Shown here in pieces: positions 55,072 to 64,000 of a stretch of 64,000 nucleotides of DNA. The stretch is taken from assembly GCA_945861895.1 (NCBI GenBank), contig CAMAWF010000003.1, forward strand, positions 32,798 through 96,797, read 5' to 3'. The translations under genes and the position numbers were made by a program. Numbering within the stretch: the stretch's first letter is position 1; each line of letters begins with the position of its first letter. The notes beneath the pieces are model-generated. The model was not told where the DNA came from. It saw only the letters and a list, made by a program, of their open reading frames with translations, and ran no database searches. This stretch comes from Rhizobium sp. Q54 (GTDB taxonomy: Bacteria; Pseudomonadota; Alphaproteobacteria; Rhizobiales; Xanthobacteraceae).

Positions 55072-57116
55072 TAGCGCATCCCCGGAGCGAACATAAACCA
55101 GGTGATGAAGGCGGCAGCGCCGATCAGCATGGCGAAGGCATAGTGATAGAGATAACCGGTTTGCAGGCGCACAACATTGCGCGTCACGTCGAGCACGCGC
55201 GCGGAGACGCCGTCGGGCCCGAAGCCGTCGATCAGCCAACCGTCACCACCCTTCCACAGCAGGCGGCCGAGCCACTTCGTTGGGCGCACCAGCAGCGCGT
55301 CGTAGATTTCGTCGAAGTACCACTTGTTGAGCAGGAAGCGATAAAGCACCTCGTGCTGGCGCGCGAGCTCCACGGGGATGTCCGGGCGGCGGATGTAAAA
55401 CTGCCAGGAAACGAGAAAGCCCACCGCCATCAGCACCGTCGGCAGCAATGCGACCGTCAGCGGCACGTGGTGCATTTCTTCCAGAATACGGTTGTCTTTG
55501 GCGAAAGTGAGCGACTCGCGGAAAAATTTCGCCACGCCCGGCCCGGCGAATATCTCCTTGAATGGGAGACCGGCAACGATGGAGCCGATGGCAAGGAATG
55601 CAAGCGGTATCAGCATCACCATCGGACTCTCGTGCGCCGCTTGATAGTGCTTGCGGTCGTGCGGCTCGCCGTGGAAGGTCTTGAAGATCAGCCGCCAGGA
55701 ATAAAACGACGTCAGCAACGCGGCCGCCGCCGTGCAGACGAAGGCATAAAGCGCCATCGGGTTATGGCCGGCGAAAGCCGCCTCGATGATGGCGTCCTTG
55801 GAAAAATAGCCGGCGGTGAGCGGGAACCCGGTGAGCGCCAGCGTGCCGATCACCATGACGATGTAGGTGAACGGTATGCGGTCCTTGAGGCCGCCCATGT
55901 GCCGGATGTCCTGCTCATGATGCATCGCATGGATGACCGAGCCGGAGCCGAGGAACAACAGCGCCTTGAAGAAGGCATGCGTGAACAGATGGAACATGCC
56001 GACCGAATAGGCGCCGACGCCCATCGCCACGAACATGTAGCCGAGCTGCGAGCAGGTCGAATAGGCGACGATGCGCTTGATGTCGTTCTGCACCAGCGCG
56101 ACCGTGGCGGCGAACAGCGCGGTCGTCGCGCCGATGAAGGTCACGAATGTCTGCGCGCTCGGCGCGAGTTCGAACAATGGCGATAGCCGCGCCACCATGA
56201 ATACGCCCGCCGTCACCATGGTGGCGGCATGGATCAGCGCGGAGACCGGCGTCGGGCCTTCCATCGCGTCCGGCAGCCAAGTGTGCAGCAGAAACTGCGC
56301 GGACTTGCCCATCGCGCCCATGAACAGCAGCAGGCAGATGAGCGTGAGCGCGTCGGCGTGCCAGCCGAGGAAATTTATGGACTTGCCTGCAAGCGAAGGC
56401 GCCTGCGCGAAGATCGTATCGAGATCGACGGAGCCGACCAGCATGAACAGCGCAAAAATACCGAGCGCGAAACCGAAATCGCCGACCCGGTTGACGATAA
56501 AGGCCTTGATCGCGGCGGCGTTGGCTTCCGGCTTGTGATACCAGAACCCGATCAGCAGATAGCTCATCAGCCCGACGCCCTCCCAGCCGAAGAACATCTG
56601 CACCAGGTTGTCGGACGTCACCAGCATCAGCATGGAAAACGTAAAGAGCGACAAGTAGGAGAAGAAACGCGGCCGGTACGGGTCTTCCGCCATGTAACCG
56701 ATGGAATAAAGGTGCACGAGCGCAGAGATCGTATTCACCACCACCAGCATGACCACGGTGAGCGTGTCGATGCGCAGCGACCATTCCACCTTGAGATCGC
56801 CCACTGCGATCCAGGTGAACAGCGGCACCCGCGCATCCTGCGGGCCGAAGCCGACCTGCACGAATGCGATCCAGGATAGGATCATAGAAATCATCAGCAG
56901 CGTCGTCGTGATCAGTTCGGCCGTGCGCGAGCCGACCGCCGCCGGTTCATGTCCATGCGCGTCGTGGTGCGCGGCGTGATCGCTGTGGTGATGCGCGGCA
57001 TGATCGCCCCCCGGCGGCGGCCCAGCGCCGGGGTGACGCGCACGCGCGCCGGCGAGCGCGATCAGCGCCGCCAGAACCGCGCCGAGCAAGGGCAGAAACA
57101 CGATAGCCTGATACAT
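55071..57116 (-). CDS. nuoL: NADH-quinone oxidoreductase subunit L (His-rich insertion after TM1)
   Basis: [27 protein letters not shown] and [10 protein letters not shown] motifs. Confidence 0.98.
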   Translation of the reverse strand: MYQAIVFLPLLGAVLAALIALAGARARHPGAGPPPGGDHAAHHHSDHAAHHDAHGHEPAAVGSRTAELITTTLLMISMILSWIAFVQVGFGPQDARVPLFTWIAVGDLKVEWSLRIDTLTVVMLVVVNTISALVHLYSIGYMAEDPYRPRFFSYLSLFTFSMLMLVTSDNLVQMFFGWEGVGLMSYLLIGFWYHKPEANAAAIKAFIVNRVGDFGFALGIFALFMLVGSVDLDTIFAQAPSLAGKSINFLGWHADALTLICLLLFMGAMGKSAQFLLHTWLPDAMEGPTPVSALIHAATMVTAGVFMVARLSPLFELAPSAQTFVTFIGATTALFAATVALVQNDIKRIVAYSTCSQLGYMFVAMGVGAYSVGMFHLFTHAFFKALLFLGSGSVIHAMHHEQDIRHMGGLKDRIPFTYIVMVIGTLALTGFPLTAGYFSKDAIIEAAFAGHNPMALYAFVCTAAAALLTSFYSWRLIFKTFHGEPHDRKHYQAAHESPMVMLIPLAFLAIGSIVAGLPFKEIFAGPGVAKFFRESLTFAKDNRILEEMHHVPLTVALLPTVLMAVGFLVSWQFYIRRPDIPVELARQHEVLYRFLLNKWYFDEIYDALLVRPTKWLGRLLWKGGDGWLIDGFGPDGVSARVLDVTRNVVRLQTGYLYHYAFAMLIGAAAFITWFMFAPGMR

Positions 57117-57123
57117 CCGCGTT

Positions 57124-57432
57124 TCAGCCTTTCATTAAATTAATATCTTCGACGGCGATCGAGCCGCGATTGCGGAAATAGACCACGAGAATGGCAAGCC
57201 CGATCGCTGCCTCGGCCGCCGCCACCGTGAGCACCAGCAGCGCGAACACCTGCCCAACCAAATCGCCGAGATGGGCGGAAAAGGCGACGAGATTGATGTT
57301 GACCGCGAGCAGAATGAGTTCGATCGACATCAGAATGACGATGACGTTCTTGCGGTTGAGAAAGATGCCGAAAATCCCGAACGTGAACAGGATGGCGGCA
57401 ACCGAGAGATAATGCCCGAGCCCGACGGTCAT
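57124..57432 (-). CDS. nuoK: NADH-quinone oxidoreductase subunit K
   Basis: [12 protein letters not shown] and [10 protein letters not shown] motifs. Confidence 0.98.
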   Translation of the reverse strand: MTVGLGHYLSVAAILFTFGIFGIFLNRKNVIVILMSIELILLAVNINLVAFSAHLGDLVGQVFALLVLTVAAAEAAIGLAILVVYFRNRGSIAVEDINLMKG

Positions 57433-58067
57433 GGCGCGCCTCCTTGCGGGTTGGGGTCTTGCAGCCCCTGCCCCGGACGCACCTGGCGTATTTCAATGGA
57501 TGTCGCGGGCGTGCGCGCGACCTGCGCGCCGATATCCTGGCGGCGCACCCGCACCCGATGTTGCAGCGTGAGCACAATGGCGCCGATCATGGCGACGAGC
57601 AGGATCAAACCCGCCGCCTGGAAGTAATAGACATATTTCGTATAGAGCACGAGGCCGAGCGCCTCGGTGTTGGAAATGGAGGCGAGCGGCGGGATCGGCG
57701 CGACAGCCGTCACGTTCGCGCCGATACTCCAGGCGCCGACGACGAACAGCAATTCGGCGAGAAAAATCAGACCGACCAGCGCACCGACCGGCAGATATTG
57801 CAGGGATCCCTGGCGCAGTTCGGCGAAATCCACATCCAGCATCATCACCACGAAAAGAAACAGCACGGCGACGGCGCCGACATAGACGACGATCAGGATC
57901 ATCGCCAGGAATTCCGCGCCCAGCAGCATGAACAGCCCGGACGCATTGACGAAGGCTAGAATGAGAAACAGCACCGAATGCACGGGATTCTTCGCCGCGA
58001 TCACCATGAACGCGGACGCCACGCACACGCCGGCGAAGAGATAGAAAAACAGCGCCGCTACGATCAT
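57429..58067 (-). CDS. nuoJ: NADH-quinone oxidoreductase subunit J
   Basis: NPVHSVLFL and [16 protein letters not shown] motifs. Start ATG 58067. Confidence 0.97.
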   Translation of the reverse strand: MIVAALFFYLFAGVCVASAFMVIAAKNPVHSVLFLILAFVNASGLFMLLGAEFLAMILIVVYVGAVAVLFLFVVMMLDVDFAELRQGSLQYLPVGALVGLIFLAELLFVVGAWSIGANVTAVAPIPPLASISNTEALGLVLYTKYVYYFQAAGLILLVAMIGAIVLTLQHRVRVRRQDIGAQVARTPATSIEIRQVRPGQGLQDPNPQGGAP

Positions 58068-58074
58068 CCGCGTC

Positions 58075-58563
58075 TCACCGGTACGGCGCATCGAGCGCCA
58101 TGTTCTTTGCGATCTCGCGCTCCCAGCGGTCGCCGTTCGCCAGCAGTTTCTCTTTGTCGTAGTAAAGCTCTTCGCGCGTCTCGGTGGCGAATTCGAAATT
58201 CGGGCCCTCGACGATGGCGTCGACAGGGCAGGCTTCCTGGCACAGTCCGCAATAGATGCACTTCACCATGTCGATGTCGTAGCGGGTGGCGCGGCGCGTG
58301 CCGTCGTTGCGGCGCGGCCCCGCCTCGATGGTGATGGCCTGCGCCGGGCAGATCGCCTCGCACAGCTTGCAGGCGATGCAGCGCTCCTCGCCGTTGGGAT
58401 AACGGCGCAGCACATGCTCGCCGCGAAAGCGTGGCGAGATCGGCCCCTTCTCGAAAGGATAATTGAGCGTCGACTTCGGCTTGAAGAAATAGCGCATAGC
58501 GAGGAAAAATCCCGTCACGAATTCCCACATAAAGATCGATTTCGCCGTTCGGTCGAGCCTCAT
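58075..58563 (-). CDS. nuoI: NADH-quinone oxidoreductase subunit I
   Basis: [12 protein letters not shown] and [12 protein letters not shown] 2x[4Fe-4S] motifs. Confidence 0.99.
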   Translation of the reverse strand: MRLDRTAKSIFMWEFVTGFFLAMRYFFKPKSTLNYPFEKGPISPRFRGEHVLRRYPNGEERCIACKLCEAICPAQAITIEAGPRRNDGTRRATRYDIDMVKCIYCGLCQEACPVDAIVEGPNFEFATETREELYYDKEKLLANGDRWEREIAKNMALDAPYR

Positions 58564-58584
58564 CTCATCCTCACTTGATCGTCT

Positions 58585-59610
58585 TCATTTCGGCGCCAGA
58601 CCGCCGAATTGCAGCACGGCAGCGACGATCGCGACCATCGCCAGCGACAGCGGCAGGAACACCTTCCAGCCGAGCCGCATAAGCTGGTCGTAGCGGTAGC
58701 GCGGGACAATGGCCTTGGCCATGGCGAACAGAAAAAACATGAACAGCAGTTTGAGCGTGAACCAGATCACGCCCGGCACCCAGGTGAACGGCGGATACGG
58801 GATCGGCGACAGCCAGCCGCCGAGGAACAGAATGGTGCCCATGGCGCACATGGTGGCGATCGCCACGTATTCGCCGAGCATGAACATCATGTAGGGGGTC
58901 GAGCCGTATTCCACCATGAAGCCGGCGACGAGTTCGGACTCCGCTTCGACCAGATCGAAGGGCGGACGGTTGGTTTCCGCCAAGGCGGACACGAAGAACA
59001 CCACGAACATCGGAAACAACGGCAGCCAGTACCAGTTGAACAATCCGTAGCGGCCGTCCTGCGCCTCCACGATGGCCGTGAGATTGAGCGATCCGGCGCA
59101 CAGCAGCACGGTGATGATGACGAAGCCGATGGAGACTTCGTAGGACACCATTTGCGCCGCCGAGCGCAGTGCTGCCAGGAACGGATATTTCGAATTCGAC
59201 GCCCATCCACCCATGATGACGCCGTAGACCATCAGCGAGGAGATGGCGAAAATATAAAGCACGCCCACATTGATGTCGGCGATCAACCAGCCGGCATTGA
59301 CCGGGATCACCGCCCAGGCCGCGAGCGCCAGCGTGCAGGTGACCAACGGCGCCAGCAGGAACACGCCCTTGTTGGCGCCGGCCGGGATCACCGGCTCCTT
59401 GAGCACGAATTTCAACAAATCGGCAAACGACTGGAACAGGCCCCACGGCCCGACCACGTTCGGCCCGCGCCGCATCTGCACCGCCGCCCAGATTTTGCGG
59501 TCCGCCAGCAAGATATAGGCAATCCCAACAAGCAGTATCACCAGCAGCAGCAGCGACTGCGCCACCATCACCATCAGCGGCCAAACATAGTCGAAGAAGA
59601 ATGCGGCCAT
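58585..59610 (-). CDS. nuoH: NADH-quinone oxidoreductase subunit H
   Basis: [11 protein letters not shown] and [16 protein letters not shown] motifs. Start ATG 59610. Confidence 0.98.
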   Translation of the reverse strand: MAAFFFDYVWPLMVMVAQSLLLLVILLVGIAYILLADRKIWAAVQMRRGPNVVGPWGLFQSFADLLKFVLKEPVIPAGANKGVFLLAPLVTCTLALAAWAVIPVNAGWLIADINVGVLYIFAISSLMVYGVIMGGWASNSKYPFLAALRSAAQMVSYEVSIGFVIITVLLCAGSLNLTAIVEAQDGRYGLFNWYWLPLFPMFVVFFVSALAETNRPPFDLVEAESELVAGFMVEYGSTPYMMFMLGEYVAIATMCAMGTILFLGGWLSPIPYPPFTWVPGVIWFTLKLLFMFFLFAMAKAIVPRYRYDQLMRLGWKVFLPLSLAMVAIVAAVLQFGGLAPK

Positions 59611-59614
59611 GATG

Positions 59615-61684
59615 CTACTCAGCTGCCGTCTGCGTCGCGCGGCCGGCAAGCGCCGAACATTCCGCCATGATGGCGGAGGCGCGCGCGATCGGATTGGTGA
59701 AGTAGAAATTCTCCACGCTGGAGCGCAACGCCGCCTTGTCCGGCGTGCCGCCAAGCGCTGCGAGCTTGCGGATGTCGGCTGCCTCGCCCGGCGCGATCTG
59801 ACCGATGCGCAGCATGTGCGGATGCGCCGCGTACAGCGCCTGCCGCAGTTGCACGAGCGAGTCATAGGGTAGCTTGTGGCCGAGCACGTCGGAGAGCGCG
59901 CGCAGGATCGCCCAGTCTTCGCGCGCGTCACCGGGCGGGAACGCGGCGCGCGCCGCCATTTGCACGCGGCCCTCGGTGTTGACATAGGTGCCGGATTTTT
60001 CCGGGTAAGCCGCGCCCGGCAGGATGACGTCGGCGCGATGCGCGCCGCGGTCGCCGTGGCTGCCGATGTAGACGACGAAGCTGCCGGCTGCGATTTCGAT
60101 TTCGTCGGCGCCCAGCAGAAAAAGAACATCGAGGCCGCCGCGCGCCATCGCCATCGCATCCTGCGCGCCTATGCCCGGCACAAAACCGATATCGAGCGCG
60201 CCGACGCGCGATGCCGCGCTGTGCAGCACACTAAATCCGTTCCAGCCGTCCTTCACCGCGCCAATATCGATTGCCGTCTTGGCGGCAAGCGAAGCGATGG
60301 CGGCGCCGCCCTTGCGCGCCAATGCGCCGGCACCGAGCAGTACAAGCGGACGCTCGGTTGCCTTAAGCGCATCGGCGAATTTGCTTTTCGAAAGGCCTGC
60401 GAGCGTCTCCGCACCGGCGCCGAGATACTCATAAGGGTAAGTCAGATCGGCCTTCTCGCCGATGACGCCGATCGGGAACTGGCCGGCGCGCCAGCGCTTG
60501 CGGATGCGCGCGTTGAGCACGGCGGCTTCGCGGCGCGGATTGGCGCCGACGATCAGCAGCGCATCGGCCTGCTCGATGCCGGCGACGGTTGCGTTGAACA
60601 GATAGCTCGCCCGGCCCCACTTCGGATCCAGCATCGAGCCATCCTGACGGGCATCGATATTGCCCGCGCCCAGCCGCGTCATCAGGTCCTTGAGCGCGAA
60701 CATCTCCTCGACAGTGGCAAGATCGCCGGCAATGGCGCCGATGCGTTTGCCGTCGGATTTCTTCACCATTGCCGCGATGGCCGCGAAGGCTTCGCTCCAC
60801 GACGCCGGGCGAAGTCTGCCTTTTTCGCGGATATAGGGCTGATCGAGCCGCTGCGTGCGCAAGCCGTCGACCACATGCCGCGTCTTGTCGGATATCCATT
60901 CCTCGTTCACGTCGTCGTTGACGCGCGGCAGAATGCGCAACACTTCGCGTCCGCGCGTATCGATGCGGATGGCGGAGCCGAGCGCATCCATCACGTCGAT
61001 CGACTCGGTCTTGTCGAGCTCCCACGGCCGCGCGGAAAATGCGTAAGGCTTGGAGGTGAGCGCGCCGACCGGGCAGAGATCGACCACGTTGCCTTGCAGC
61101 TCCGAGGTCATCGCCTGTTCGAGGTAGGTCGTGATCTCCATGTCCTCGCCGCGCCCGATGGCGCCAAGCTCCGACACGCCGGCTACTTCGGTGGAAAAGC
61201 GGATGCAGCGCGTGCAATGGATGCAGCGCGTCATGATGGTCTTGACCAGCGGCCCGATATATTTTTCCTCGACCGCGCGCTTGTTCTCGCTGTAGCGGCT
61301 GGCATCGACGCCGTAAGCCATCGCCTGGTCCTGCAGATCGCATTCGCCGCCCTGGTCGCAGATCGGGCAGTCGAGCGGATGATTGATGAGTAGGAATTCC
61401 ATCACGCCTTCGCGGGCTTTTTTCACCATCGGCGTACGCGTGTTGATGATTTTCGGCGAGCCGTCCTTGTTGGGCGGAAGGTCTTTGACGCCCATGGCGC
61501 AGGAGGCCTGCGGCTTCGGCATGCCGGCCACTTCGATCAGGCACATGCGGCAATTGCCAGCGATCGAGAGCCGCTCGTGGAAACAAAAGCGCGGAATCTC
61601 GGCGCCCGCCATCTCGCACGCCTGCAACAGCGTGTATTCGGGCGGAGCGTCGATCTCTTTGCCGTCGACGATGATTTTCGTCAT
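59615..61684 (-). CDS. nuoG: NADH-quinone oxidoreductase subunit G
   Basis: [29 protein letters not shown] and CIHCTRC motifs. Start ATG 61684. Confidence 0.98.
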   Translation of the reverse strand: MTKIIVDGKEIDAPPEYTLLQACEMAGAEIPRFCFHERLSIAGNCRMCLIEVAGMPKPQASCAMGVKDLPPNKDGSPKIINTRTPMVKKAREGVMEFLLINHPLDCPICDQGGECDLQDQAMAYGVDASRYSENKRAVEEKYIGPLVKTIMTRCIHCTRCIRFSTEVAGVSELGAIGRGEDMEITTYLEQAMTSELQGNVVDLCPVGALTSKPYAFSARPWELDKTESIDVMDALGSAIRIDTRGREVLRILPRVNDDVNEEWISDKTRHVVDGLRTQRLDQPYIREKGRLRPASWSEAFAAIAAMVKKSDGKRIGAIAGDLATVEEMFALKDLMTRLGAGNIDARQDGSMLDPKWGRASYLFNATVAGIEQADALLIVGANPRREAAVLNARIRKRWRAGQFPIGVIGEKADLTYPYEYLGAGAETLAGLSKSKFADALKATERPLVLLGAGALARKGGAAIASLAAKTAIDIGAVKDGWNGFSVLHSAASRVGALDIGFVPGIGAQDAMAMARGGLDVLFLLGADEIEIAAGSFVVYIGSHGDRGAHRADVILPGAAYPEKSGTYVNTEGRVQMAARAAFPPGDAREDWAILRALSDVLGHKLPYDSLVQLRQALYAAHPHMLRIGQIAPGEAADIRKLAALGGTPDKAALRSSVENFYFTNPIARASAIMAECSALAGRATQTAAE

Positions 61685-61688
61685 CGCG

Positions 61689-63008
<1,320 letters not shown>

Positions 63009-63017
63009 CGGAAAATC

Positions 63018-63650
63018 TCATCGCAGGCGCGTGGCGGTTGGATAAAGCGAAGCGTCGGTGAGCGTGGTCGGGCCGCCCACGGGCGCCGACATCTGCCGGT
63101 CGGTCTGCGGGCCGGGCTTCGGCGTCTTGCCGGCGGCAAGCTCGTCGAGAACTTTTTCGAGCGTCTCGGCCGTGAGGTCTTCGTAATAGTCGGCGTTGAT
63201 CTGCACCATCGGCGCGTTGACGCAGGCGCCCAGGCATTCCACCTCGGTCCAGGAGAATTTTCCGTCTTTGGTGATATGGCCAGGCTCGCCGATCTTGTCG
63301 CGGCAGACTTGCTTGAGCGCGTCGGCGCCGCGCAGCACGCAAGGCGTGGTGCCGCAAAGCTGGACGTAGAATTTTCCGACCGGCTCCAGGTTGAACATGG
63401 TGTAGAAGGTCGCGACTTCGAGCGCGCGGATATGCGCCATGCCGAGGATGTCGGCGACGTAGCGGATCGCCGCTTCCGGCAGCCAGCCGCCGGATTGCTG
63501 CTGCGCGCGCCACAATAGCGGAATGATCGCGGAAGCCTCGCGGCCGAGCGGATATTTGCCGACCTGCTTCTCCGCCCAATCGACATTGTCTTTGCTAAAC
63601 GCAAAGCTCTTGGGCTGAAGCTCGGGCGGCGCGAGGCGGCGAACGCTCAT
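63018..63650 (-). CDS. nuoE: NADH-quinone oxidoreductase subunit E
   Basis: CGTTPC and ECLGAC [2Fe-2S] motifs. ATG 63650 overlaps the nuoD TGA. Confidence 0.98.
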   Translation of the reverse strand: MSVRRLAPPELQPKSFAFSKDNVDWAEKQVGKYPLGREASAIIPLLWRAQQQSGGWLPEAAIRYVADILGMAHIRALEVATFYTMFNLEPVGKFYVQLCGTTPCVLRGADALKQVCRDKIGEPGHITKDGKFSWTEVECLGACVNAPMVQINADYYEDLTAETLEKVLDELAAGKTPKPGPQTDRQMSAPVGGPTTLTDASLYPTATRLR

Positions 63651-64000
63651 CGGTCCACCTCGCCGAACACGATGTCGATCGAGCCCAAAATCGCCGACAC
63701 GTCGGCCAGCATGTGGCCCTTGCAGAGAAAATCCATCGCCTGCAAATGCGCAAAGCCAGGCGCGCGGATCTTGCATTTGTACGGCTTGTTGCTGCCGTCG
63801 GCGACGAGATAAACGCCGAATTCACCCTTCGGGGCCTCGACCGCGGCGTACACCTCGCCGGCGGGCACATGATAGCCCTCGGTGTAAAGCTTGAAATGAT
63901 GGATCAGCGCCTCCATCGAGCGCTTCATCTCGGCGCGTTTGGGCGGCACGATCTTGTTGTCGTCGACCGTCACCGGCCCCTGCCCCTCGGCCATGCGCAG
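63647..64000 (-). CDS. nuoD: NADH-quinone oxidoreductase subunit D, 3' part (truncated by the window)
   Basis: [11 protein letters not shown] and [10 protein letters not shown]-terminus. Confidence 0.97.
   Translation of the reverse strand: MRMAEGQGPVTVDDNKIVPPKRAEMKRSMEALIHHFKLYTEGYHVPAGEVYAAVEAPKGEFGVYLVADGSNKPYKCKIRAPGFAHLQAMDFLCKGHMLADVSAILGSIDIVFGEVDR

Overview
High-GC alphaproteobacterial chromosome core segment. The gene order and proteins resemble Hyphomicrobiales of the Xanthobacteraceae/Nitrobacteraceae type; this is an inference. It carries pyrG-secG-tpiA, ppiD-trpEGDC-moaC-moeA-lexA, comEC, divergent glnS/gltX-gltA, the rpsB-tsf-pyrH-frr-uppS-cdsA-dxr-rseP-bamA-lpxD-fabZ-lpxA-lpxI-lpxB cluster, dnaE, lolDE, proS, and nuoD(partial)-N followed by birA-rnj-mce-DUF1467. 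Two accessory inserts are present. The first is a GT2-GtrA fusion plus a GT-C glycosyltransferase downstream of pyrG. The second, between gltA and lpxB, holds a TctC/Bug receptor, an MBL hydrolase, a 4-TM protein, DoxX and a Bacteroidota-like FabH. Several elements are missing from the ORF track: (1) a 32-aa membrane ORF upstream of dnaE whose sigma70 promoter is covered by two perfect, oppositely oriented alpha-type LexA boxes (SidA-like SOS division-inhibitor candidate); (2) a candidate + strand sRNA with an A-rich loop and a strong terminator between proS and DUF1467; (3) three copies of a 47-49 bp palindromic repeat with compensatory stem changes; (4) a VOC-family gene running off the left edge. 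I saw no tRNA, rRNA, CRISPR array, transposase or integrase. Start codons were re-picked by hand where the ORF track over-extends; no database searches were run.
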